A DNA stretch of 32,884 nt, from positions 1 through 32,884 of the IMG/VR virus record IMGVR_UViG_3300044712_000851; one strand, written 5' to 3'. The translations under genes and the position numbers were made by a program. Below the pieces are notes generated by a model. It worked only from the letters and a program-made list of their open reading frames with translations, searched no databases and was not told where the DNA came from. The stretch is from a virus (lineage: Duplodnaviria > Heunggongvirae > Uroviricota > Caudoviricetes). Shown here piece by piece: positions 1 through 7,471 of the stretch. Position 1 is the stretch's first letter, and every line of letters starts with the position of its first letter.

Positions 1-53
1 TGGGGGGGCGGGTACATGGGCGAGGCTAGAAAACCGATCCCGCTCGTGGGGCA

Positions 54-65
54 AGGGGTACCCCT
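54..65. repeat. Perfect 12-bp palindrome AGGGGTACCCCT in a GC-rich patch
   Basis: Self-complementary sequence read directly; lies in GC-rich 1-80, followed by A/T-run-rich DNA. Confidence 0.8.
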
Positions 66-263
66 CACCCGTCGCGGTACTAATATAACACGGCTCAAAT
101 ACCTTTCCCCATTTTTTCATTTTTCCCAATTTAGGCACATCTCAAAATTTTTTTGGGAAATTTTTACACTTTTAGGACTCATAGTATTTTTGCTCTCATG
201 CCTAAAGGCAAAGAAAATCCCGACTTTTATTAAATATCGATTTAACCTATAGCTTTTGCTGAT

Positions 264-292
264 TTGACTTCTTAAGATAGGACCTTTATTAT
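264..292 (+). promoter_or_regulatory. Sigma70-type promoter (leaderless for the 299 ORF)
   Basis: TTGACT(264-269)-17 nt-TATTAT(287-292), then 6 nt, then ATG at 299. Confidence 0.7.
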
Positions 293-298
293 TAAGTA

Positions 299-634
299 AT
301 GAAACTGCCCAGATTCTATTATGTAGCTAGAAACTACTTTAATGATCACAAACACATCCCTTTTAAGATAGCAAGGCATATTTGGAATGAAGTCCGCTCT
401 CTCTTCAACCGTGCAAGGGGTTTATTCCACGAACATCAGTTTCACTACAACAGTTCCATCCTCGGGGTTGACGGTGGGCAAATACAATTGACCTGTGATT
501 ACTCTAAGTATGGGTATTATTGTGGCAAAGCTTTAAGACTTTATTACGGAAACATTAAAGGCGACGTTGAAATAGCTGAGCCTTATGTAATTAGGAGTGA
601 TAAGCCCAGTAAGACTATCTACCAAGCAAAATGA
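299..634 (+). CDS. Hypothetical phage protein
   Basis: 111-aa ORF directly after a promoter; ATGA overlap with the next gene. Confidence 0.75.
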   Translation: MKLPRFYYVARNYFNDHKHIPFKIARHIWNEVRSLFNRARGLFHEHQFHYNSSILGVDGGQIQLTCDYSKYGYYCGKALRLYYGNIKGDVEIAEPYVIRSDKPSKTIYQAK

Positions 635-828
635 TCGAAGAGCTAGAGCTATTAGTATTAGAGAAAATAGAGGGATATGTTGTTCAATGTCTCATCTCTG
701 ATTGTCCCCACTGTGGAAAAGAAAACTATTTCCCTAACTGGACTAAAAAAGATATCTTTGGTGATGGGGAAAAAGAAGTTCATTGTCAGTTCTGTAAGAA
801 AGAATACGTTATTTTAATTGAAAGATGA
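631..828 (+). CDS. Small zinc-ribbon protein
   Basis: CPHC...CQFC; ATGA overlaps at both ends. Confidence 0.75.
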   Translation: MIEELELLVLEKIEGYVVQCLISDCPHCGKENYFPNWTKKDIFGDGEKEVHCQFCKKEYVILIER

Positions 829-1058
829 CAAACCGCAAAGCCTTTACCAAACTTTTAGAAGAAACCCGAGACTATATAGATCTGAGTTACTTAAACATGT
901 GGTCTCAATACCCCCTTGGATACCTTAGATGCCAGAGTGCAGGTCACACTGAAGAGTCTGGTGACGTGGTAGTGGAAGAAAATAACCCTACGGGGACAGA
1001 TAACTTGCACGTCTGCCACACATGTCGGTTACGTTGGCATGTTGATAGTAGCGATTAA
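825..1058 (+). CDS. Hypothetical protein with Cys/His motif
   Basis: RCQSAGH...VCHTC; coupled to its neighbours. Confidence 0.7.
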   Translation: MTNRKAFTKLLEETRDYIDLSYLNMWSQYPLGYLRCQSAGHTEESGDVVVEENNPTGTDNLHVCHTCRLRWHVDSSD

Positions 1059-1059
1059 T

Positions 1060-1416
1060 ATGAAAATAACTTTTGACATAGATGGAGTTTTGAGTCATTA
1101 CCCTGATATTTTGTTTCCTTTGATAGCTTTATTGAGGGCTTCTAAGCATGAAGTCGGTATTTGTACTGGTAGGGCGTTGTCTGGCATTCCTCAAGACCTT
1201 AGGGATCAGTTTGATTTTGTTATAAGTGCTGATGGAGAAGATGACGAAATGACCGTCTTAGGACATTTAGCCAAGGACGATGAAGAAAAAATGTGTGTCT
1301 GGAAACCAATAGTTATGCGTAAGCACGGCATTGACTTACACTTCGATGATTGGGCTGATAAGATGGACGACTTTGGAGGAATCGCTGTAAGGATAGGACT
1401 CCCTAAGAGTGATTAA
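1060..1416 (+). CDS. HAD-superfamily phosphatase-like protein
   Basis: Motif I FDIDGVL, motif II CTGR, motif IV HFDD; ATG 1060 just after the upstream stop. Confidence 0.75.
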   Translation: MKITFDIDGVLSHYPDILFPLIALLRASKHEVGICTGRALSGIPQDLRDQFDFVISADGEDDEMTVLGHLAKDDEEKMCVWKPIVMRKHGIDLHFDDWADKMDDFGGIAVRIGLPKSD

Positions 1417-1424
1417 AATGAAAA

Positions 1425-2597
1425 ATGAATATACGCTTTATAGATCTTTTTGCAGGAATAGGAGGGTTCAGGTATGGACTTGAAAAGACAAAAGGCTATG
1501 AATGTGTCTATTCCAATGAATGGGATAAATATGCAACACAAATCTACGATAGCCATTTCAAGCACCCAAGCACACTCGACGAAAATGGTGGAGATGAGTC
1601 CGACTCTTCCAGAAGCGATGGGGAAAGGTGGGGGTCACGTACCGATGGTGTTGACACAAGAGACATTCGAACAGTCCCCAGCTCGGAAATCCCCGACTTC
1701 GACCTCCTTGTTGGAGGCTTCCCTTGCCAAGCGTTTAGCATCGCTGGAAAGCGTGCAGGATTTAATGACACCAGAGGGACGCTCTTTTTTGAAATCGCTA
1801 GGATTCTCCGAGACAAAAGACCCAGATATTTTATTCTTGAAAACGTCAAAGGTCTACTTAGTCATGACGAAGGAAAAACTCTCCAGACAATCTTTGGGGT
1901 TCTCTCCGACTTGGGGTATGAGTTTCAATGGCAAGTTCTTAACAGCAAAAATTTCGGAGTCCCCCAGAATAGGGAAAGAATCTTCATTGTCGGAAATCTT
2001 AGAGGAGAACGTAGACCAAAAGTATTTCCTGTCTCAGGAACAAGTGAAGAAGATAACCGCAACACAGGGGAAGATTTGTCTTACGCCTTAGATGCAAACT
2101 ATCACAAAGGAACAAACACTTTAAGCAAGGGGAGAAGACAGCTTATCCAAAAGATAGGCGGATCTCAGGGAATGAGGGTTTACGACCCAGAAGGTCTCTC
2201 TACTACAATTGCAGGTTTGGCTGGAGGATGGGGAGCAAAGACTGGTCTTTATGCCATGCAATGGCGTAGGACTGAAAAAGGAAAAGCCGAAAGACGAAAG
2301 AATCAGGCTAACGGACGAGACTACACACCTTTTTCAGACGGAGCTAGGGAAGTTGTTCCTAATCCAGATAAAAAGGTTATTGGAACAATTACCTCTCAGG
2401 CGGTAGCAAAAGACTCATTGGTGGGGAACGAAACCCAAATTCGAAGGCTTACGCCTGTGGAGTGTGAAAGATTGCAAGGATTTCCTGATGGGTGGACTGA
2501 AGGGATCAGTGATACACAGCGTTATAAGTGTTTGGGTAACGCGGTTACTACGAATGTTGTTGAGTGGATTGGAAGACAATTAATTAAAAGCATATGA
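1425..2597 (+). CDS. dcm: DNA (cytosine-5)-methyltransferase
   Basis: DLFAGIGG (I), GGFPCQAFS (IV), ENV (VI), QNRERIFIVG (VIII), RRLTPVECERLQGFPD (IX), YKCLGNAV (X). Confidence 0.95.
   Translation: MNIRFIDLFAGIGGFRYGLEKTKGYECVYSNEWDKYATQIYDSHFKHPSTLDENGGDESDSSRSDGERWGSRTDGVDTRDIRTVPSSEIPDFDLLVGGFPCQAFSIAGKRAGFNDTRGTLFFEIARILRDKRPRYFILENVKGLLSHDEGKTLQTIFGVLSDLGYEFQWQVLNSKNFGVPQNRERIFIVGNLRGERRPKVFPVSGTSEEDNRNTGEDLSYALDANYHKGTNTLSKGRRQLIQKIGGSQGMRVYDPEGLSTTIAGLAGGWGAKTGLYAMQWRRTEKGKAERRKNQANGRDYTPFSDGAREVVPNPDKKVIGTITSQAVAKDSLVGNETQIRRLTPVECERLQGFPDGWTEGISDTQRYKCLGNAVTTNVVEWIGRQLIKSI
1645..2091 (+). CDS. Alternative-frame ORF nested in the methyltransferase (candidate second subunit)
   Basis: +1 frame is open 1474-2091 and encodes SLSEILEENVDQKYFLS, resembling the post-motif-VIII segment of C5 MTases; start uncertain (several in-frame ATGs from 1474; 1645 preferred). 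Confidence 0.55.
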   Translation: MVLTQETFEQSPARKSPTSTSLLEASLAKRLASLESVQDLMTPEGRSFLKSLGFSETKDPDILFLKTSKVYLVMTKEKLSRQSLGFSPTWGMSFNGKFLTAKISESPRIGKESSLSEILEENVDQKYFLSQEQVKKITATQGKICLTP

Positions 2598-2704
2598 GTA
2601 TTTCTATTTGTCCTTACTGCGGAAAAATGATTGATGAGGATTATGATGTTGAACACTACGAGGAGTGTAGGCTGGAGCATGAAGAAAATGACGAGGGGAA
2701 CTAG
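2594..2704 (+). CDS. 36-aa putative zinc-binding peptide
   Basis: MSISICPYCGKMIDEDYDVEHYEECRLEHEENDEGN; ATGA overlap with the dcm stop; below the ORF-track cutoff. Confidence 0.6.
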   Translation: MSISICPYCGKMIDEDYDVEHYEECRLEHEENDEGN

Positions 2705-3338
2705 ACATCTTTTTGGAGACGAAGCTTTAGACTTTCAAAAGGTTACTGAGAGTTTGATTAAAACCGTCACCACTTGGGGATATAAACCTTTCTATCCCTC
2801 AACACTTGCGGATCAGAAGCTCTTTGTAGACAAAGCTGGAGACGAAGTCTTAAACCAAATGTACACCTTTAAGGACAAAGGAGATAGAGACTTATGCCTT
2901 ATTCCCGAAGTAACTGCCGTTGTTCAGAATTTGTATAATGAACACTGGTCTAAAACCCTACCAAAGCCGATTAAGCTCTATTATCTTACTAAATGTTATC
3001 GATATGAACGCCCTCAGGAAGGTAGATATAGAGAGTTCTGGCAGTTCGGAATTGAACTACTTGGCGGAGAGGAAGATATCCTTGTCAGGGATGTTCTTGT
3101 AAATGCTCTTTATAACGTCAATCCACAAGCTTTTGAAAACAATATATATAAATTTAATGGCAAAGTTAAACGGGGTCTGAACTATTATGTCGAAGATGGG
3201 TTTGAAGTAGAAGTTCCCTCTCTTGGTGCACAAAAACAAATTGCTGGAGGCGGAAGATACAAAGAGGGTATCGGATGGGCTATTGGGGTTGATCGGTTAT
3301 TATTGGCTCTAAAAAACCCACTTGACAAAGCGGAATAA
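2679..3338 (+). CDS. hisS: Histidyl-tRNA synthetase-like protein, catalytic core only
   Basis: RGTRHL, MYTFKDKGDRDLCLIPEVT, motif 2 YRYERPQEGRYREFWQFGIE, RGLNYY, GGGRY, motif 3 GWAIGVDRL; about 219 aa; start 2679 or 2688. Confidence 0.85.
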   Translation: MKKMTRGTRHLFGDEALDFQKVTESLIKTVTTWGYKPFYPSTLADQKLFVDKAGDEVLNQMYTFKDKGDRDLCLIPEVTAVVQNLYNEHWSKTLPKPIKLYYLTKCYRYERPQEGRYREFWQFGIELLGGEEDILVRDVLVNALYNVNPQAFENNIYKFNGKVKRGLNYYVEDGFEVEVPSLGAQKQIAGGGRYKEGIGWAIGVDRLLLALKNPLDKAE

Positions 3339-3350
3339 ACGTTTAATAAT
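3322..3350 (+). promoter_or_regulatory. Sigma70-type promoter (leaderless for the 3356 ORF)
   Basis: TTGACA(3322-3327)-17 nt-AATAAT(3345-3350), then 5 nt, then ATG 3356. Confidence 0.6.
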
Positions 3351-3355
3351 AAATC

Positions 3356-3517
3356 ATGCCAAAATACAAACATTCTTCTTTTGTAATCGATTTCTTTCTC
3401 TTTTTGGGACTCAGTTTCTCCATAGGTCAGGCATTTATATTTTATCCTCGTTTAGGTCTTGGTCTTGTCTTGGTAACAATTGCATTTTTGATTTGGAGGT
3501 CGGAACAATTATTCTAA
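3356..3517 (+). CDS. 53-aa membrane protein
   Basis: MPKYKHSSFVIDFFLFLGLSFSIGQAFIFYPRLGLGLVLVTIAFLIWRSEQLF; two hydrophobic stretches; ends 1 nt before the next ATG. Confidence 0.65.
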   Translation: MPKYKHSSFVIDFFLFLGLSFSIGQAFIFYPRLGLGLVLVTIAFLIWRSEQLF

Positions 3518-3518
3518 T

Positions 3519-3905
3519 ATGAAATTTAAAATTGGAGACAGAGTCAAGGTTGTGGGTAATTGCTGTAACCACAATTATAGAATTGGGAGTGTTAAAACAA
3601 TTAACAAGCTTTATCGCAGTGGTTCAATCCAAGGGTATCATTTGGGCGGAGACAATTATGTTGAAGACGAAGATATTGTCTTGGCTGGAAAGGAGATAAA
3701 AATGAAAGACACAAAATGGGGAGTTAAATATGAGATGGGTTCTGATCCAGTAGAATTCTTTAAGACTCGTAAAAAAGCTGAAGAAAGAATATTTGAATTG
3801 ATGGACGACAAAGAAGTTGTAAAATCAAGTATATACTTATTCGAAGTTGCAAAGATTTATAAAGCCAAAAGACCAATAGCTTTTATATTGGAGGAGGAAA
3901 AATAA
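3519..3905 (+). CDS. Hypothetical protein, N-terminal SH3/KOW-like FKIGDRVKV motif
   Basis: 128-aa ORF; motif common at the start of small phage proteins. Confidence 0.7.
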   Translation: MKFKIGDRVKVVGNCCNHNYRIGSVKTINKLYRSGSIQGYHLGGDNYVEDEDIVLAGKEIKMKDTKWGVKYEMGSDPVEFFKTRKKAEERIFELMDDKEVVKSSIYLFEVAKIYKAKRPIAFILEEEK

Positions 3906-3906
3906 C

Positions 3907-4179
3907 ATGAGTCACACTTATAAATTTGATATTAGAATAAAACTGTCTCATTTTGACGGTATCAAAAAAATCTTTGATAGCGTTAATAAGTCTATGGAAG
4001 AATTTACTGGGGAGAAGCATAAACTAGATGCAACCAGTTCTCTGGGGACTTTTAGTGTAACATCCGAAAAAGAACTTAGTTATAAGGATCGGATCACTAT
4101 CGCCAATCTAGCTGAGAAAGATTTTCAGGAAAAAACAAAGAATATGGATTTAACAGTAGAGGAGGTGCAAGATGAGTAG
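3907..4179 (+). CDS. Hypothetical protein
   Basis: 90-aa ORF in a tightly packed run. Confidence 0.7.
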   Translation: MSHTYKFDIRIKLSHFDGIKKIFDSVNKSMEEFTGEKHKLDATSSLGTFSVTSEKELSYKDRITIANLAEKDFQEKTKNMDLTVEEVQDE

Positions 4180-4390
4180 AGAAATTTGGTCAGGGGAAGA
4201 TGAACTAGGTTTTCAGATCGGAGATATGCATGGTGAGTGGCAAACCGAGGAAAGTAAAGAAGCCAGTGGCGGTGGTCAGGGTAAAGGAAAAAAGCCTGTA
4301 ACAAAGATTCAGGGTACTCAACATCGACAAAAAGTAGAAAAACAAGTTGTCAAAGTTAGGATTCAACAAAATCCGCCCAATAAACACTAA
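4172..4390 (+). CDS. Hypothetical protein
   Basis: 72-aa ORF, GGAGG upstream, TAATG overlap with the next gene. Confidence 0.6.
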   Translation: MSREIWSGEDELGFQIGDMHGEWQTEESKEASGGGQGKGKKPVTKIQGTQHRQKVEKQVVKVRIQQNPPNKH

Positions 4391-4701
4391 TGGAAGACAT
4401 AGAAGTTAAAAATGCAAAGATTGACAGTACAACGCTTGGTTTTGAAGACCACGGAATCTTTACTGCCTTTTTACATCTCAACTATGGCGGATCGGCACAG
4501 GGTTTTGGTGGCTATTCATATCAAGGTCTAATGTCTTACAAGTTTTTAGATGGAGTTTTAAAGACTGTTGGAGTAGATAATTGGGAAGATTTGCCTGGAA
4601 AATACATTAGGGTTAAGTGTACGAGAACGAAAGTAGTTGAAATCGGGAACATTATAGAGGATAAATGGTTTAATCCAGAGGAGGGTGAAGATGTTATCTA
4701 G
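4390..4701 (+). CDS. Hypothetical phage protein
   Basis: 103-aa ORF coupled to its neighbours. Confidence 0.75.
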   Translation: MEDIEVKNAKIDSTTLGFEDHGIFTAFLHLNYGGSAQGFGGYSYQGLMSYKFLDGVLKTVGVDNWEDLPGKYIRVKCTRTKVVEIGNIIEDKWFNPEEGEDVI

Positions 4702-4885
4702 TTTGGCTTGGTGGCATTGGGTACTTATTGTTTATTTTACTATTAGCCTTTTGGTAATTTTTGCTGTAAGAGCTGAAAGCAAAAAAGATAAAAAGGAATA
4801 CAGGATGAGTTTAGGCGAGTGGTTATTTTATCTACTTGCAATTCCTTTAATAGTTATTATAACAATCTTGGGAGGAGATAAATAA
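4691..4885 (+). CDS. Small membrane protein (2 predicted TM segments)
   Basis: Hydrophobic WWHWVLIVYFTISLLVIFAV and WLFYLLAIPLIVIITILG; GGAGG 4679-4683 favours ATG 4691. Confidence 0.7.
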   Translation: MLSSLAWWHWVLIVYFTISLLVIFAVRAESKKDKKEYRMSLGEWLFYLLAIPLIVIITILGGDK

Positions 4886-5037
4886 TGAAAATTATACAAG
4901 TAATATCTGAACACAAAAAGAACAAGGCTAACCAACAAAAGCCTGGTAGATTTCACACTAAACGTGGATGGGGTGAGGTAACTGTGGAGGAAAATGGTCA
5001 AATTGTTACCAGACACAGACCTCTGGAACAAACATGA
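4885..5037 (+). CDS. 50-aa hypothetical protein
   Basis: MKIIQVISEHKKNKANQQKPGRFHTKRGWGEVTVEENGQIVTRHRPLEQT; fills the gap exactly (TAATG and ATGA overlaps). Confidence 0.6.
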   Translation: MKIIQVISEHKKNKANQQKPGRFHTKRGWGEVTVEENGQIVTRHRPLEQT

Positions 5038-5834
5038 AGACAATTGTAGGAATAAGACCCACAGGAAAATTACATATTGGACACTACTTTAGTGTTATTA
5101 AACCAGCATTAGAAGATGATAATGTCGATGTTTTGGTAGCGACTTACCACATGTCCCCTCCAAGCAGGAAAGCGACAAATGAAGTGTGTGTTGAATTAAA
5201 CAGTTTAGGAATACTACCTAAAATGCAAGAGGTGGATGTAGATTTATATTTTAAATTATTATCTGCTTCTAGGGTGGGAGAGCTTGAGAGAATGATTCAG
5301 TACAAGTCTGTAAAAGTCAAAACTCCTCATCTCCTCGTCTACCCAGTTTTGATGGCACACGATTTGGTTGGATATGACAGGGTAATTGTTGGCGAAGACC
5401 AAAAGCAACACGTCGAATATGCCAACACTCTTTTTAAGCGTCTTGGTATGCCTACCATAAAGGGAGACTTTAGGGGTGGAAGAATAATGAGTCTTACTGA
5501 TCCGACTAAAAAGATGAGCAAGTCCGAGCCAAAGGGTTGTTTGTTTTTAGACGACAACTTTGAAGAAAAACTTAAAGGGGCAGTCACCACCCCAGCAGGA
5601 GTTAAAAACCTTAGTTACATAGCCAGTCAGTTTGGAATGAAGTGGCTTCCAAATGACAACAAGGCTTGTAAAGAACATTTGGCAACTGTATTGGAAAAGA
5701 AGTTTGGTAAAATTGGAGAAGAAAACTGTAATATATATTCTGACAACCTATCAACAGTAGTGTCACCAAAGAAGTTTCAAGAGATACTCAAGTTTATAGG
5801 AGTTCCAAAAAGCCAATGGGAAAAATTTACGTAA
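5034..5834 (+). CDS. trpS: Compact tryptophanyl-tRNA synthetase
   Basis: GIRPTGKLHIGHY (HIGH), GELERMIQYK, YPVLMAHD, GEDQKQH, RIMSLTDPTKKMSKS (KMSKS); 266 aa. Confidence 0.88.
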   Translation: MKTIVGIRPTGKLHIGHYFSVIKPALEDDNVDVLVATYHMSPPSRKATNEVCVELNSLGILPKMQEVDVDLYFKLLSASRVGELERMIQYKSVKVKTPHLLVYPVLMAHDLVGYDRVIVGEDQKQHVEYANTLFKRLGMPTIKGDFRGGRIMSLTDPTKKMSKSEPKGCLFLDDNFEEKLKGAVTTPAGVKNLSYIASQFGMKWLPNDNKACKEHLATVLEKKFGKIGEENCNIYSDNLSTVVSPKKFQEILKFIGVPKSQWEKFT

Positions 5835-6355
5835 TAACAGACACACATTTTAATCACCAAAAGATCATTGAATATGGTCGTCCTCCAGATTTTGAGGACA
5901 GAATATTCGAAGGTCTTAAGATACTTAAACCCGATGATATGCTAATACATCTTGGGGACTTTTGTATTGGCAAAGACGAAGAGTGTCATAAGAAGTTTAT
6001 GGATGCAGTCCCCTGTAAGAAGATTCTGGTTTTAGGGAATCACGACAAGAAATCTTACAACTGGTATATGGAGCATGGCTGGGATTTTGTTTGTGAAATG
6101 TTTTACCTTAAAAAGTTTGGTGAGCATATTCTCTTCTCCCACACACCTAAATCTAAAAGAAGTATTAATTTCTGGAGCATGAATGTACACGGACATTTAC
6201 ACGACAATCTACACAGGTTTCCCGAATACATAAAAATACTCACACCTAAGCACTATCTACTGTCTATGGAAAAAACAGACTACAAACCAGTAGAGCTTGA
6301 GAGCTTTATAAAAAAGAAAAGTATAGTAGAAACAGACCTTCTCAGCACATTATAG
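5816..6355 (+). CDS. Calcineurin-like metallophosphoesterase
   Basis: DTHFNH, HLGDF, LGNHD, FSHTP, NVHGHLH. Confidence 0.85.
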   Translation: MGKIYVITDTHFNHQKIIEYGRPPDFEDRIFEGLKILKPDDMLIHLGDFCIGKDEECHKKFMDAVPCKKILVLGNHDKKSYNWYMEHGWDFVCEMFYLKKFGEHILFSHTPKSKRSINFWSMNVHGHLHDNLHRFPEYIKILTPKHYLLSMEKTDYKPVELESFIKKKSIVETDLLSTL

Positions 6356-6362
6356 GGTTTAT

Positions 6363-6411
6363 TTGACTTCTTGATATTTAAAGATATACACTGATCTAGT
6401 TTGTACTAGAT
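6363..6411 (+). promoter_or_regulatory. Promoter plus operator-like inverted repeat
   Basis: TTGACT(6363-6368)-18 nt-TACACT(6387-6392); ATCTAGT-N4-ACTAGAT at 6394-6411 abuts ATG 6412. Confidence 0.55.
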
Positions 6412-6756
6412 ATGAATATTCCTGCCCAGGATTTTAAAGTGAAAGTTGGTGAGTTTTGGATAGATGTTATCTACAAAGAGACATCTAAGGTTTCTGGTCG
6501 TGCAAACTTCGGTCACTATAACCATATCAATCTTCGAATCGTCATCTCCAGAAAGTATAATAAAAATCAGCAACAGCTAGAGAACACCCTTATCCACGAG
6601 ATCTTTCATGCCATTTGGGAAATATTCGGTGTTCATGATGTGTCTGGGTATGCTTCAGATGAGAGTGCCGAGGAAACATTTGTTTCGAGATTAACTTCAG
6701 GTTGGCAAAGCTTTATGGTTGATAATCCCCAACTCTTCAATGAAGAAAAAAAATAA
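6412..6756 (+). CDS. HExxH zinc metallopeptidase-like protein (SprT/ImmA-like)
   Basis: ENTLIHEIFHAIW followed by downstream EE. Confidence 0.7.
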   Translation: MNIPAQDFKVKVGEFWIDVIYKETSKVSGRANFGHYNHINLRIVISRKYNKNQQQLENTLIHEIFHAIWEIFGVHDVSGYASDESAEETFVSRLTSGWQSFMVDNPQLFNEEKK

Positions 6757-7108
6757 GAGAGACTGGATAAGTCACTGGCTTAAAAAGGCTTATGGTCTCA
6801 CAAAAGAAGAAAAGAAAAAACTTTGGGAATACCAAAAAGGAAGATGTGCTATTTGTGGTATTAAACTGAGATTAGATTCTGATTGTAATATTGATCACGA
6901 CCACGGTAAAAATGATTTTAGGGCTAATGGTGTGAAAGGGGTTAGTTATAAAGATAGGCGTGATGCTGTCAATGGTATCGTTTGTTGGCAATGCAATACT
7001 CTGATGGGAAAGTTGGCAAGGCTAGATCCAGATCCACTCATTGCAGCCCAGAAGATTTCACAATACCTGCTTCATCCTCCTGCCCAAGAGGTTTTGACAA
7101 TGGGGTAG
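6740..7108 (+). CDS. Endonuclease VII-like nuclease
   Basis: YQKGRCAICG, IDHDH, GIVCWQCNTLMG. Confidence 0.8.
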   Translation: MKKKNKRDWISHWLKKAYGLTKEEKKKLWEYQKGRCAICGIKLRLDSDCNIDHDHGKNDFRANGVKGVSYKDRRDAVNGIVCWQCNTLMGKLARLDPDPLIAAQKISQYLLHPPAQEVLTMG

Positions 7109-7127
7109 CAAAGGTACATACTAAATT

Positions 7128-7442
7128 ATGAATCAACAAGAGTTTTTCAAGTATTTAGAAGAGACCTATAAGGAGGCTCTCGAAATAGTCAGAAAGAAAA
7201 ATGCTGATTATGCAGAAGAAGTTGATCCGTTTAAGAACTTCAAGTTTTCAACCCTCATAAACACTCCCCCAGAACAAGCTATACTTGTCAGGGTTTGTGA
7301 CAAAATGGCTCGGGTTGCCAATCTACTTCAGCCTGGCAAAGAAGCTAAAGTTAAAGACGAAACGATACAAGATACAATTCTTGACATGATCAATTACCTT
7401 GCCATTCTCCGTGCTTACATCTCCGATAAAAAGTCCTCTTGA
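7128..7442 (+). CDS. Helical nucleotide-modification-associated protein (Nmad1/DUF6378/MazG-like)
   Basis: KKNADYA..DPFKNF, RVCDKMARVANL, DTILDMINYLAIL. Confidence 0.6.
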   Translation: MNQQEFFKYLEETYKEALEIVRKKNADYAEEVDPFKNFKFSTLINTPPEQAILVRVCDKMARVANLLQPGKEAKVKDETIQDTILDMINYLAILRAYISDKKSS

Positions 7443-7466
7443 CAAATTAAATAAAGATGTTATATT
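7439..7466 (+). promoter_or_regulatory. Extended -10 promoter (leaderless for the 7472 ORF)
   Basis: TTGACA(7439-7444)-16 nt-TG.TATATT(7461-7466), then 5 nt, then ATG 7472. Confidence 0.65.
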
Positions 7467-7471
7467 GAGGT

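Noticed and set aside
2631-3338. HisZ (ATP phosphoribosyltransferase regulatory subunit)
   Set aside because: Catalytic motif 2/3 arginines and the His-binding loops are intact, the protein is much shorter than HisZ, and there is no hisG nearby.
3322-3522. 66-aa TTG-start ORF from the track
   Set aside because: It starts in the -35 box itself; the 3356-3517 membrane ORF fits the promoter and the gap better.
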